DNA of 64,000 nt from Neoconidiobolus thromboides FSU 785 (lineage: Eukaryota; Fungi; Entomophthoromycota): assembly GCA_025603075.1 (NCBI GenBank), contig MU626292.1, positions 78,790 through 142,789 on the forward strand, read 5' to 3'. A model generated the notes under the pieces. The model saw only the letters and a list, made by a program, of their open reading frames with translations. It was not told where the DNA came from and did not search any database. Position 1 is the stretch's first letter. Every line of letters begins with the position of its first letter. Shown in pieces: positions 37,712 to 51,175 of the stretch. A program made the position numbers and the translations under genes.

Positions 37712-39013
37712 TTACTCTGATTTTATCCAGTCCAATGATGGAACATATTCAGATAGAATAGAAAGATCGGTATCTTTGTAGCAACTAAATGGAGCAATAA
37801 ATATTAAGGGAGCAGTATGAACATAGTCGAGTCCTGTATCACGATTTATAAAATAAAGAGCTTCAGCTTTAATTACTTTCAGGTTAGGAAAAAGAGATAA
37901 AAAAAACGCAAAGGCCTCGAAAGTGGAATATAAACAATTAATTTTAATTTCCTTGATAAGACTAGACTGAAGTAATTTGAACTTTTCATCATAAAAATCA
38001 TTCCTAGTTAGGTCCAATTTTGCAAATAGTTTTTCTAGATCAAGTCGTATGGATCCAAAATTAATAATTTGAGTACTTGTTAATAAAGGAATTAAATTTA
38101 GCGTCTCTTTTGTGAAATCCCAAAAATACACATCCTTTAACGTTGGAATTTTTAAAAGATCGTAATTAATCGGATTTCTTGGGTTGAAATAACCTAAACC
38201 AACGACATTACTATTTTCAATTAATACCATGTTATTGTGTTTATTGTTATTGTTAAAATAAAGGCTATTATAGTTCATTAACTTTATACCTTTTATTTTA
38301 TTCAAGTCCCCAAAATATTTGATATTAAAATCATTCCCAAGGTACCCTCTAATTTCTATTTTTAAATTAGAGACAAAGTTTATTGATGGATTTATTTGAT
38401 TATTAATTTCAATGTGCTCATCAGATTTTAAATTTAACCTCCTTAAATTAATAAATTTTGTTTTGATTGTATCTAATCCTTTGATATCTATACCTCCAAT
38501 TGAATATACTTTAAGTGCTATTAATTTATCCGGGTTTAACTCTTTAACAACTTCTTCGATTGATATATTTAGTCCAATACATTCAAATACTACAACCTGA
38601 TTTAAGTAGCTATTGAATACATTCAAAGACTCTTTAAAATTAGAAGAATCTATACTAAGTTTTCTTAATTTCGGCAATTCAATTTCTAGCTTGTTAATAT
38701 CCACTGTATCGATACTAGCATGTATAGAGGTTAAATTTGGACAACTATCCAAAAACCTAATTGTATCATCCTTTACATAAATATGATTCATTAAAATTCC
38801 ATTCTCCAGAATGAATTTATATTGATATTTCTGATATTTAGTAAACCCAACTTGAAAATATACTGAATAAATTGAGTGATATTTAATTACTCTATTTACA
38901 ATATCAAATAACTCTTTACTTAAAAAACACAAGTCAAACAATTCTTCCGGGTGTAACAACTTGAATATATCTTCTAGTAGTACATCGGATAATTGGCAAA
39001 ACTTTAACACCAT
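37712..39013 (-). CDS. Intronless F-box protein with a degenerate LRR-like body
   Basis: N-terminal KFCQLSDVLLEDIFKLLHPEELFDLCFLSKELFDIV fits the F-box pattern. Downstream LxxLxL-type segments include CPNLTSI, LPKLRKLSI, FINLRRLNL and FPNLKVIKA. Confidence 0.8.
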   Translation of the reverse strand: MVLKFCQLSDVLLEDIFKLLHPEELFDLCFLSKELFDIVNRVIKYHSIYSVYFQVGFTKYQKYQYKFILENGILMNHIYVKDDTIRFLDSCPNLTSIHASIDTVDINKLEIELPKLRKLSIDSSNFKESLNVFNSYLNQVVVFECIGLNISIEEVVKELNPDKLIALKVYSIGGIDIKGLDTIKTKFINLRRLNLKSDEHIEINNQINPSINFVSNLKIEIRGYLGNDFNIKYFGDLNKIKGIKLMNYNSLYFNNNNKHNNMVLIENSNVVGLGYFNPRNPINYDLLKIPTLKDVYFWDFTKETLNLIPLLTSTQIINFGSIRLDLEKLFAKLDLTRNDFYDEKFKLLQSSLIKEIKINCLYSTFEAFAFFLSLFPNLKVIKAEALYFINRDTGLDYVHTAPLIFIAPFSCYKDTDLSILSEYVPSLDWIKSE

Positions 39014-40041
39014 TTTGAATAAAATGCAGAAAGAAAAACAGTGTTACTTTTAAATTCATGATGCTTTCATAAGCAAAATTTATTATACTATTGCATAAAT
39101 CAAATTTTGTTAATAGATGACACATTTTTGAAAATCTTGATAATAGATAGTAGTTTAAGTTGGATATAATAAGTAAACCAATGGTAATGACAATGAAGTA
39201 TTACAGTTGTTTTTGTTATTTGTGTAATTAATATTAAGCAAGCTAATTAAAAATCATATTGCTAAAATATGTGTACAATAATCAAATTACTGTATGCTTC
39301 TGGTTTACTTTAAAAATTAATATTCTTAATTATTTTTAATAAATCTGATAAAAAATTGTAATAAAATAGCTTTAAATTTGTAATATACTTAATAAACTAT
39401 CATCAACTTCCCTTATATCTCATTCTCTCCTCTTGACTATGTTTAGCTTCTCTTTAAACAAATATCTATAGTTAATCAAGCTATACCTCATAATTTTAAT
39501 ACTTTAAGACGATGCTCGATTCAGATACTTTAGTTAAATAAATAAAATCGTATAGAAAGCTAGACGAACATGGAACTCTTAATACATGATTTGAAAATAT
39601 ATTCTGAATCATTTTTGTGCTTATTAAAATTATTGAGTGATTTGATGAGCTATTATTATAATCAGTCAAACTACTCATTTATTGTTTCTATGTTTGTGTC
39701 TTTATTTTTAGCTCAAGCATTCTATAATTGATAGCTCAGATTATGTATTAGTACTAATGATATATTATAAGAAATTACAATACTACAAATTAGAAACGAA
39801 TCCATATGAGCGTTTATGTGAAATTGTTATTTCTAGGTTTAAAGTTATTAAACCTCTTATTAAATATATATGTATAAATATATAAAGAAATGTTTTTCTA
39901 GACCGATTGCTGTACAATTTATAAATAATTGATTATTCATATTTTAAACTAAATTAAACCATCCAGTGTAGTATATGGGTTTTATTACTAAAGTCCTATG
40001 AAAAACTATGTAAGTAGCGTTTGACAAAAACCGATTTATAT

Positions 40042-40138
40042 GGGGATGTTTTTTGGTTTCATCACTTTTTCCATCTTTTAACCCCTATCTGGACGGAAAA
40101 TTTGCTAGTAAAATTCTTAAACACAAAAATACATTCCC
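40042..40138 (+). mobile_element. MITE family A copy
   Basis: GGGG...TCCC ends with ATAT on both flanks. Confidence 0.85.
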
Positions 40139-40261
40139 ATATAATTAAACTAATATTTTAAACTTTAAAGATTAAAGTATGAAACTTTGTCTTTAATTTG
40201 TATCTAACACGATTCAATAATAATAACAAAATACTGGTTATATGGGATATGTACCAGTATT

Positions 40262-41560
40262 TTAGTATACTTTGATACAGTTTAACAACGGAATATATTT
40301 TGATAGATCATAAAAGAAATTCACTGATATAAATTTAAAGGGTATAATAAATAATAAAGAGGTGGCGTATTTGTAATTGAATTCTATATATTCAGTTATT
40401 AGATCAAAGCATTTAATTTGACCAGTTCAATATTAAGGAAAAGAGATAAATAAAAAATGAATTTTCTAAGGTTAATTTCAAAATATTCAGTTTTAATTTG
40501 CTTTGTAAATTGACATTTAGTCAAAATGTATGCTTCACTATATAAGCTGTCCCCTTTTAAACTGGATTTACCAAATATCTCCTTTATATCAGCATCTAAA
40601 TATTTAATACAAACAGTTTAAATATTTGATAGGAGTGAAATTAATTTTAACAAGTTTCTTGAAAAAGCCTTAACATGAGCTTCTTTTAAGGCTGGCAGCT
40701 TTAAAAAGTCATAATTAGTTGGATAACTAGGATCAAAATACCCCAGAACGATGATATTACCCTTTCCAATTACCTTTATATCATCACGTCCATTATTGGT
40801 GTTAGGATAATAGCCAGTTGATTATGCTAGTTTAATGCTTTTTATTTGATTTAAACCACTGGAATATCTGACACCAAGCTCATCATAAAAACGTCTTTGA
40901 ACTTTTGAAGTTAAGATTGAATTAAAATCTGTTCTAAGATTAAGTTTATTAGGTATAACAATAAATATGTCAGATTCTAAGTTTAATACTTTTAGATTAT
41001 TAAACCTTGTTTTAACCATATTTGACTCATCCAGATATAATAAATTTATACTACTAACGATAAGAGATCTTAATATATTTAGATTTAAGTTTTCAACGAG
41101 AGTGAAAATTGGTATATGTTCTGCACTAAAATTAAGTACTTTAAGTTGGCTTAAATACTTGTTGAAGATACTTGCTCCCTTTTTGCATTCATAACATAAT
41201 AATAATACTTTTCTCAATTTTGGCATCTCAATCTTGAGTTGGAATATACTTATTAGTTGGGCTTAAATAAAGTATACATTGTATATTTGGACAATAACTT
41301 AAAAGCTTTATTTTATTATCATCTAGACTTATATGTTTCATTAAGGATCAATTTTCTTTGGTAAGTTTTTCTTAAAAACTCTTATACTTCCAATATCTAT
41401 TTTGATTATATATTGAATGGGCTAAATTATATTTAATTACATCACCTATAATATTATAAAAGCCTTTACTTAAAGCATAAATTAAATGAATCTTCTGCAG
41501 GTAATAGGTTGAATATATCTTGTAATAAGATATCAGATAATTGATTAAACTTTAATTCTG
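40262..41560 (-). pseudogene. F-box family pseudogene (tandem paralog of 37712-39013)
   Basis: LKFNQLSDILLQDIFNLLPAEDSFNLCFSKRLFNIIGDVIKY...KSF* (early stop); SYCPNI; MPKLRKV; YLSQLKVL; ...SLFIIPF...LSKYIPLLNCIKVY*. Several stops and frameshifts. Confidence 0.85.
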
Positions 41561-42933
41561 TTTGTAATAAAATTAGAATAACTCGATTCTAATTTCTGTA
41601 TATTTTATTGTTTCGATTTCGTAAGCAAATTTATAACCCACATTGTTGGTTAAATAAATTATATGTTTTTAAAAAGTTGATAGTTATTGAACAATATACA
41701 ATTAAGCTAAATATTATAAGTTATAATACTTTTGATACTAAATACTGATGATAGGTTGTTTTTATTTTCTTCTTCGTTATCATTTAGTCTATGGTTTTTG
41801 CTATTAATTCAAAATTTAAATCTAATATAAAATCGTATAAAATAACCAAAATGTTAATATTTTCGAAACGCACCCCAGTCCACCTTCATATTTTTAATAA
41901 CCAGATCCATAAAAAAACTCCTTACAAATAAGCCATGGTACATCTTATTAAATAGGGTATCTCTTAATTTCATTCTTGTTTTGCTCTCTTCACATCATAC
42001 ACGCTTTTCTTTCCTATTTAAAAATAGGCCTACAATTGAATATTTTATTTTTAGTTTTAACTTGAGAAGCTATTTACTAAATTGATTTAATTGTGATACC
42101 AGCTGTGATATGCTTAATAATATACTCAACTAAAGTATTAACTGATTTATTAACTCTATATAACTACTTCACTATATCTATAAAAAAACTCGATAACTTT
42201 TATTCTTATTTTTTTTGCCTATTTACTAGTTTCTTCCATATTTCTAATATGATAAAATTAAAAATTTACTCAAGATAAATTTTTGGTCAATATTTCAATG
42301 TCTAGGTGCTATTGTCCAAAATTTAGATCCATTTTAATATGGCGGTTAATGTGGCTATTATATGCCCTACACAATATAATATAGCTCTCTTAAAATAGTC
42401 CACATCTTAATTCTAGTAAACAAAAGGACTTTTATAGAGCCATTGATATTAAAAACACTACCTTACTCTTATACTATAAGTGACAACGAGTACTTCGAAG
42501 ACAAAATAGTATTAAAAACAATCCTAATTTTACATTTAGATTATAAAGAATTAATGTCAAATATTATTTCATTCTAATTATAAAATAAAAGTATATGCTA
42601 TACTTAATAAAATAGATATTCAACGTCATAAAATAGCCTAGTCCCTATTTAAATATCAAGCCTATTAGACTTTATAATGTTGACCCTAAATCATAATTTG
42701 GTCGTAATAATTTAATTGATACTAAATTAACCACTAGACTTTCATTTTGAAATCGTAACTTTGTTACTGGTCTTTCCATTTATATTTCATAGCTGATTCT
42801 AATCAAGTTGATAAATTATACTAAAATATAAATAGTTTATAAACTTCAATACTAGATTAACCTAAAACATTGGTTAAACTTTAATGAAATATTTATTTGT
42901 TTTATTAGAGGTGGAAACACTGATAATTTAAAT

Positions 42934-44565
<1,632 letters not shown>

Positions 44566-45714
44566 CTTATACAATAAATGAAAAGGAAAACGATTCCAAC
44601 TTGTTTTAAAATTTACACTTACAATATAATTAAGTTTTATCCCAAATCATCAAATCATAGTAAGGTGATGATCTATTCTCACTATTGATTGGTCAGTATC
44701 GAAAATTTTTAAATTTGTATCGGATATACTATTTCATTTGTTTACAAAGTTTACTTTCATTGGCTTAATTACAATTAATTGCCCAAATTAATCCAATCAA
44801 ATGTACTTAAAATCTAACATGGATCTAGCCTACGTCCCATAATTTTTTATTTATCAGATTACCCAAATTCGTTTGAATACTTAAACGAATTTTATTGGAC
44901 GATAGTCAAATCAATTCTACTAATAATTCAAATCATAAAAATTATGGGAAAACTTAACTATCAATCAGATAATTTAATATTTGGCTATTTTTAAATTTAG
45001 TATAAGATACAACAATGAATATGAAATATTGTTAATAAAACAACTTAAAACATAGCTAGATAAATGTATTCCTTTGGTATTTTTCATAACAGTTCTATTT
45101 TAAAGCCAAACATTAATGAAATCTAGTTTTTAGAGTCATTGATACTTTAAAGTAAAGTGAATATTATTTAATTTTAAATTATCAATACCTTTTTTAAATT
45201 TGAAGTTTCATAGAATTATAAAATCAGAATCTTAACAAAATTACAAAATACAAAAGCAGATTTTATATAGTCAGTGACTATACAATGATATTAATTATTA
45301 ATTATTAATTATTAATTAGATTGTAAATATAATGAGTATTCTTTTTCGCTTTCAATCACTTTTTATGCAGTATTAAAGAAACAATTTATTAGTAGAATTA
45401 TATAAAAGAAGAAACATTCCTATATCTAAATTAAAACTAAGCTAATTTATTATATATAACAATTTACAAAATATAAAACAGTTATGCTATTTTAATAGTA
45501 ATTATCAAATTTAAAATAATCTTAAATTAATAAACAAAATATCAAAAAATTGAAAAAATATTATATTTGTTATCAATTAATAATAAAACTCATTATACAA
45601 GATATTTAAAATTCAACTATATGGAATGTAGTACAAATTTGGTAAATTTTAGATTTTAAAAAGTGTGGATTAATTGCTGAATAATGTAACAATTCTATTT
45701 GAATAACAATTTAA

Positions 45715-45807
45715 GGGAGTTTTCAAGTTTCATCGTATTTTCGATTTTCTTAGCGCTACTAAATGGAAAGAGTATTAGCAAATTTCTCAAGCAAAAAGGG
45801 CATTCTT
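45715..45807 (+). mobile_element. MITE family A copy (strongly degenerate)
   Basis: GGGAGT..GTTTCATCG...TAGCGCTACTAAATGGAAAG...TTAGCAAATTTCTCAAG is collinear with the family consensus. Confidence 0.6.
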
Positions 45808-45924
45808 ATTTATTTTAGAAATGTAATTACAAAAATAGTAGCAAATAATTTATCTAAAAAACTATACCTTTTTCGCTTAGACCCATAGGAATTCTAATGT
45901 GTTAATAGATTGAGTTGAGTAGAT

Positions 45925-46024
45925 GGGGATGTATTTTTATGTTTAAGAATTTTACTAACAAATTTTCCGCTTAAATAATGCTTAAATAATGGAAAAAATA
46001 ATGAAGTCAAAAAAAAACACCCCC
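45925..46024 (-). mobile_element. MITE family A copy
   Basis: GGGG...CCCC ends with AGAT on both flanks, which fixes the target duplication at 4 bp. Confidence 0.88.
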
Positions 46025-46092
46025 AGATAATGGACTAAAAATGTTCAATAGAAACTTAACAAAATATCAAACAGTATTGTTAAAATTTTAAT

Positions 46093-46185
46093 GAAGATGT
46101 ATTTTTTGTTTAAAAGATTTATTAGTATTTTTTTCTCAAATGGTGTTCAAAAATAGAAAATACAATAAAACTAAAAAGCATCCCT
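46093..46185 (-). mobile_element. MITE family A copy (degenerate)
   Basis: GAAGATGT...GCATCCCT ends; flanks TAAT/AAAT. Confidence 0.65.
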
Positions 46186-46217
46186 AAATGCTTCTGTAAA
46201 ATAAGCTTTTAACAAAT

Positions 46218-46315
46218 GGGAATGTATTTTTGTATCTAACAATTTTACTAACAATTTTTCCATTCAAATACTACTTAAAAAATGGAAAAGTGATGAAACT
46301 AAAAAAAACATCTCC
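46218..46315 (-). mobile_element. MITE family A copy
   Basis: GGGAATGT...ACATCTCC ends with AAAT on both flanks. Confidence 0.85.
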
Positions 46316-46699
46316 AAATGATGTCTATCTTTAATTCCTTTTTAAAAAAACAAGCAGAAAAAGTGGACATTTAAAACATTCAATTGTAGCAATTTTTTAT
46401 TTAAATTTGAAAAATGTTTTGCATTCTGTTTAGGTTCTGATAAACATTTTAATATAATTACTTACATAGGTAATTCATAAGCATACTGAAATACCTATGA
46501 GTTTATGTGAAAAAGGTTTAATAAAAAGATAAAAGAATTAAATTAGGATGTAGAATGAATCTGTCTAATCATTTAATTTAATTTCGATTACTAATTGGAG
46601 TCTTTAAGACACTTATACTTTATTTGATAATTAATGATGTCAAACACAAATAACAAACAAAACAAAATATAACAAGCACATTATACTTTAATGAAAAGC

Positions 46700-48294
46700 C
46701 TAAAGTTCATCGTATTTATTTTCAGGGGTAGGAGAGTATGCAGAAACGATGAAGAAAAGTACACCAAGCAATAACAAGATAATAAAGAAAAGATTAAAAA
46801 TAAACTTTTTATCATCTAAAACAAAAAAATGAAAAAAAATTAAATAACCTCTTAAACATTGCTTACTATTTTCAAATTTCTCTGGCAATGTGAATATTCT
46901 ACAAGTACCATCTGCTGAACCACTAATTAAATATTTTCCATCTTTACTAAAGCTCAATGTAGTAATAGCAAATGTATGTGCTTCTTTATAAGTTTCCAAT
47001 ACCTATTCAAGTATATAAATATGTAGACATAAAAAAGCAACTAAATTTACCCTTAAAGCATTACTATCACAAATACGAATGGATTGATCTGCACAAGCCA
47101 CAGCCAAAAATTTACCATCATAACTGAAAACATTAAATAAACAAAAAACCAAATCAATATTAAATTACCTAATAGCGAATGAACAAATAGGAGAAAAACC
47201 TAATGGACGAATAATTTCTTTTTCAAAGGTATCGATATCAAATTTTGAAATATAACTTCTTTTACGATCCTTAGAATTTATTGCTAAATAAAAATTATCT
47301 TTTGTTTCTTCTTTTCCAAATTTAATGTTTCTAAATTTGCAACTAACTTTATTCAAACTGCTTGGTGCTTCAATGTTATGTGCTAAGCTTCCATCTTTCA
47401 CATTAAAAAAATGGATCACTTTGTCTGATGCTGTGGCATACTAGTAGTTGAATTAATATTTTATTCTATTTTATTAAATATTAGATTCATTTACATATCT
47501 GTCTTCACTATCAATATCTCCATCACTAATTTCTTCATTGATGCATTGTTTTCCATTTACTTTTGGTGTTAATTCTGGATAGTTAAATAAACTAACCTAA
47601 GTAGAGATTAGCTATTGGATTTAGAATAAGTAATTTTATTTACTTGTCCTTCAGCTGAAGATATAAATAAAAGACTTCCTTCTTTATTGAATAGAGTAAC
47701 TCTCTTTTTTTTAAAGTTTAATACTATCCTTTTATATATATAATAAAAAAGAATTACTTGATAATCGTTTAAACTATTATTTTCAATAATACGCTTTGAT
47801 TGAGTTATGTCCATTCTATACCATTTAAAAAACTAATTCTTAACAACAAAATTAAACTACTTACTTATCTTTGTCCATTTTTCCTAATTTTAAACTTTCG
47901 TTTTCTCCTTTTATTATCTTATCTGAGGAGCCATTGATACCACATGCAAAAACATCAAACTAAAAATAATAAATTAAATCTATTCCATTTCAACTTTTGA
48001 ATGAAGAGAGCTTACTTCTTTATTATAAGATAAACTGGTAGGTGCATCATCTCCTGAAGTCAAATCTGCTTTCATTTTTAATACTAAGGTTTTATTTTTT
48101 ATTTGATATAATCTCTAATAATTGATTTTAATCTATTCGATAAATTTCCTAATTTATTAATTTACCAACTCGTTTTTCACTCCAGATCTTGAGCTGCCAC
48201 CACCACCAGCTAATAAAAATTGATCATTGTCTATGAATTCACTACAACTTATTGGAAAGCCTACTCTTTCTAAAAAACTATTGTTTCTAGTCAT
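46700..48294 (-). CDS. SEC12: SEC12/PREB-like WD40 Sar1 guanine-nucleotide exchange factor (spliced)
   Basis: N-terminal VGFPISC...LLAGGGSSRSGVKN (K-loop-like), WD40 repeats (HTFAITTLSFSKDGKYLISGSADGTCRIF), C-terminal TM helix, ends YDEL*. Confidence 0.85.
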
Positions 48295-48634
48295 CGTTTT
48301 TTTCAATAAAATGGAAAAAATGGTCAATTTAAAAATTACTTCGATCAGTTTTGATAATTGTTTTGATTAGGTGGCTTATTTGATTACTATTTTTTATTGG
48401 GGTTTTGATCATTTTGATGAATTTAGAAATGAGTTTTTTTAGAAATTAGGTGAGTAATTTTTAAATCTTAGGTTTTAAAAGTAAACAAATTATTTAAAAC
48501 CACTTCAAGTTTTTTATATGCATATGGAAATATCTTTAAAAAAAAGCAAGAATTCACAATCTTTTAAAACCCTATTTAAATTCTTTTTAGTTCAAATTTA
48601 AATCATTTCTATTGATTGACATATTTATAAAATA

Positions 48635-48746
48635 GTGAGGATACTTGATGGAGCCGAGAATTTGCCCAAAGCTACTAACATTTTCACACAATTAAGGATT
48701 TATTGGTGCTTTTGAGCAAGCTCTCCACCCCATCAAGTATCTTCAC
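48635..48746. mobile_element. TA-flanked MITE-like element (family D)
   Basis: TA|GTGAGGATACTTGATGGAG...CCCCATCAAGTATCTTCAC|TA: ~19-bp terminal inverted repeats with two mismatches. Confidence 0.6.
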
Positions 48747-49126
48747 TAGTTTAGAAGCACGTTAACTAATTTTAGAATTTTCAAAAGTAGCAAAAAGGAC
48801 AATTGATAAAAGAATGCTTCAATATTTAAATAAATTAGTGGCATGCTATTAGTCAAATGGTAAACAATGACGATTAACATTTTGGGCCAATTTTTGATTT
48901 TTTAAGCTAATAAAATTGTATTAATATTTTAAGCAACTTTCCCAATCCTTCAAATTTCTAATACTAATCAATATAAACGCTACTTTATCTCAAATTAAAT
49001 CTTCCTGTCTAAAAGTTACATTGAAATAAATTTAGTTTATTAAAATTTTCGCTTGATTAGTGATTTACTTAAATTATTATGTGGGCATTTTTATTGTATA
49101 CTTGACCAAACAAAAACTAAAAATAA

Positions 49127-49223
49127 GGGAGTGTTTTTTTGACTTCATTATTTTTTCCATTTTTTAAGCGCTATTTAAACAGAAGGTTTGTAGTAAAATT
49201 CTTAAACATAAAAATACATCCCC
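49127..49223 (+). mobile_element. MITE family A copy
   Basis: GGGAGTGT...ACATCCCC ends with ATAA on both flanks. Confidence 0.85.
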
Positions 49224-50412
49224 ATAATTTGTTCAAATTAGTAATATAATGCCCAATTCTATATTTAAAATATTTGACTACTACTAAATTGTCTCGAACA
49301 ACCACCGATCAAGCAAGATTTAGCTATTAAAAATCAAGTTTTGTTGATCATAATATAAAAAACTAAAATTGTTAAAGCAGTTAATCATCTTACAAAGATC
49401 CAATAAAAAGTGTTAGTTAGTATTAATTGAGGATATCTATGAACTAACTGCTGATAAGCACGTAATAGCAGTCTCTGTGCCTTTAGGCATTAAAGTTAGC
49501 CTTTTCACCAACAATAATATTAAAGAGAACTAGAGTTTTGGGCCTAGATTCGGGTTGAAATGCATCACAATTATGCTTTTGCAAAAAATAAGGGAACTAG
49601 TTTGACTCTTAAGTATGTTTTGAGTAATTGACTTAGATTAAAAAAGGAAGACTTGCCCAAAGTACTAATAATATTTGGTATAAAACTATTGCTAATAGGT
49701 TGAGTAAATTCTTTACTTTTAGCCATTCATCTCAACAACTATTGAATACCTGATTTTTATCTCTGGAGCTGCCCAAAAATTAAGATAAAGTCTGACTATG
49801 AGAGTGTTTTTTGCCAATTGTCCTTTTCTCGCCACTTTCTAAACAAAAAGTAAATAACAAAGTTTAAAAGTATATGAAAAAAAATCAAAAGATAAATTAG
49901 TATTAAAAAAGTATACTTTAATTGGTCTTATTTATAAACTTATGCTTGCTATTAATTTTATAATTCCATAAAAGTTAATAACTGCCACTTTAGCTTTGTT
50001 CCACAATTTCTATTCAATGTTGATATAAAAATAAGCTATCAAAATTAGTCAACAATTAATAATAATTTCTAAGTTTATAGATGATCCTAACAATCAATTA
50101 TATCATCCATACCTTACACGAAATGATTTTTCTACTTATAAGTTAATAATTAAAAGTAGATGTTTGAAATTAGCCCTATTTCTCATCATCAAAGAAACTT
50201 TATTAGTAGATCTTGAAAAAAATAAGTATTGATTTAAACAATTAAAGATTTTAAGGATAACAAATGATAAATGTACTTCAATTTAATTAAAACTTTAAAT
50301 TTATATTTATCAATTTATTAAGAAAAAGAAAAGTACATAAAAAAGGAAACTCTATTTGCCACTTCACCATTCACCATTCACCAATCCTAACTATTACATC
50401 ATTATTCTTCGT

Positions 50413-51084
50413 TTATCCACATTTACCAGTTTTAAGATCACAAACACCTTGATAAGCGATACACTCTGGAGGCGCTTGTTCTTCCACATCATCTGGATCT
50501 CCACCCGCTGCTTGATAAATTTCCCTAATAGAAGGATACAAAGCGGCCGTTTTTTGACGATATTCATAAACTAATCCAGCTTCACTTCTTACAACAAAAG
50601 TACCACCTAATTGGAAACCATCACCTTTGAAGTCACCAGCAATTTTTTTATCCTGTGCTGCTTTAATAGCAGCTCTACCTGTAGCTGTAAATAAATCTGA
50701 AATACCAGTAAATGCGGACGTTCTTGTTAATCCTAAGGCACTATGGGTTAATCTTTCTTTATCCAAATACAAACCCCATTGCCAAAAACCACCGGATAAA
50801 AAGTCTTCTAAGCCTACTTCGTCAAAAGTAATGGCAACTAGTTTTACACCTAAATCATCAAATAAAGGCTTTAATTCACTAAGTAACCGGGATTCATATC
50901 GACATAGTGGACAACCTAAACGACGTAGTACCTTTAAGATAACAGTGCAGTTGTTCCATAAGGTATTTAAAGTGATAGGGTTCTTTTTCATATCATATAC
51001 TGTAATACCCTCTAAAAATTTGGGCTTTTTATCCTTAGTAGTAGCCTTGCCTTTTTTTAATTTTAATTTACTGATAATGGCCAT
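50413..51084 (-). CDS. Peroxiredoxin-like 2 / AhpC-TSA_2 thioredoxin-fold protein, copy 1
   Basis: VLRRLGCPLCRYES (CxxC), LYLD, GDGFQLGGTFVV, as in the FAM213/PRXL2 family; intronless. Confidence 0.88.
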   Translation of the reverse strand: MAIISKLKLKKGKATTKDKKPKFLEGITVYDMKKNPITLNTLWNNCTVILKVLRRLGCPLCRYESRLLSELKPLFDDLGVKLVAITFDEVGLEDFLSGGFWQWGLYLDKERLTHSALGLTRTSAFTGISDLFTATGRAAIKAAQDKKIAGDFKGDGFQLGGTFVVRSEAGLVYEYRQKTAALYPSIREIYQAAGGDPDDVEEQAPPECIAYQGVCDLKTGKCG

Positions 51085-51085
51085 T

Positions 51086-51175
51086 TTGTTTTATTTTATT
51101 TTTTATTTTATTTTCTATTTTATTTTTTATTTTATTTTATTTTATTTTATTTTATTTTATTTGTTTATTTTTTTT
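51086..51175. repeat. (ATTTT)n microsatellite directly upstream of the copy-1 start codon
   Basis: Imperfect ATTTT/ATTTTTT array read directly. Confidence 0.85.

Noticed and set aside
40227-40262. 11-bp inverted repeat AAAATACTGGT/ACCAGTATTTT at the end of the F-box pseudogene
   Set aside because: Short, AT-rich and not present at the other F-box copies; compatible with chance.
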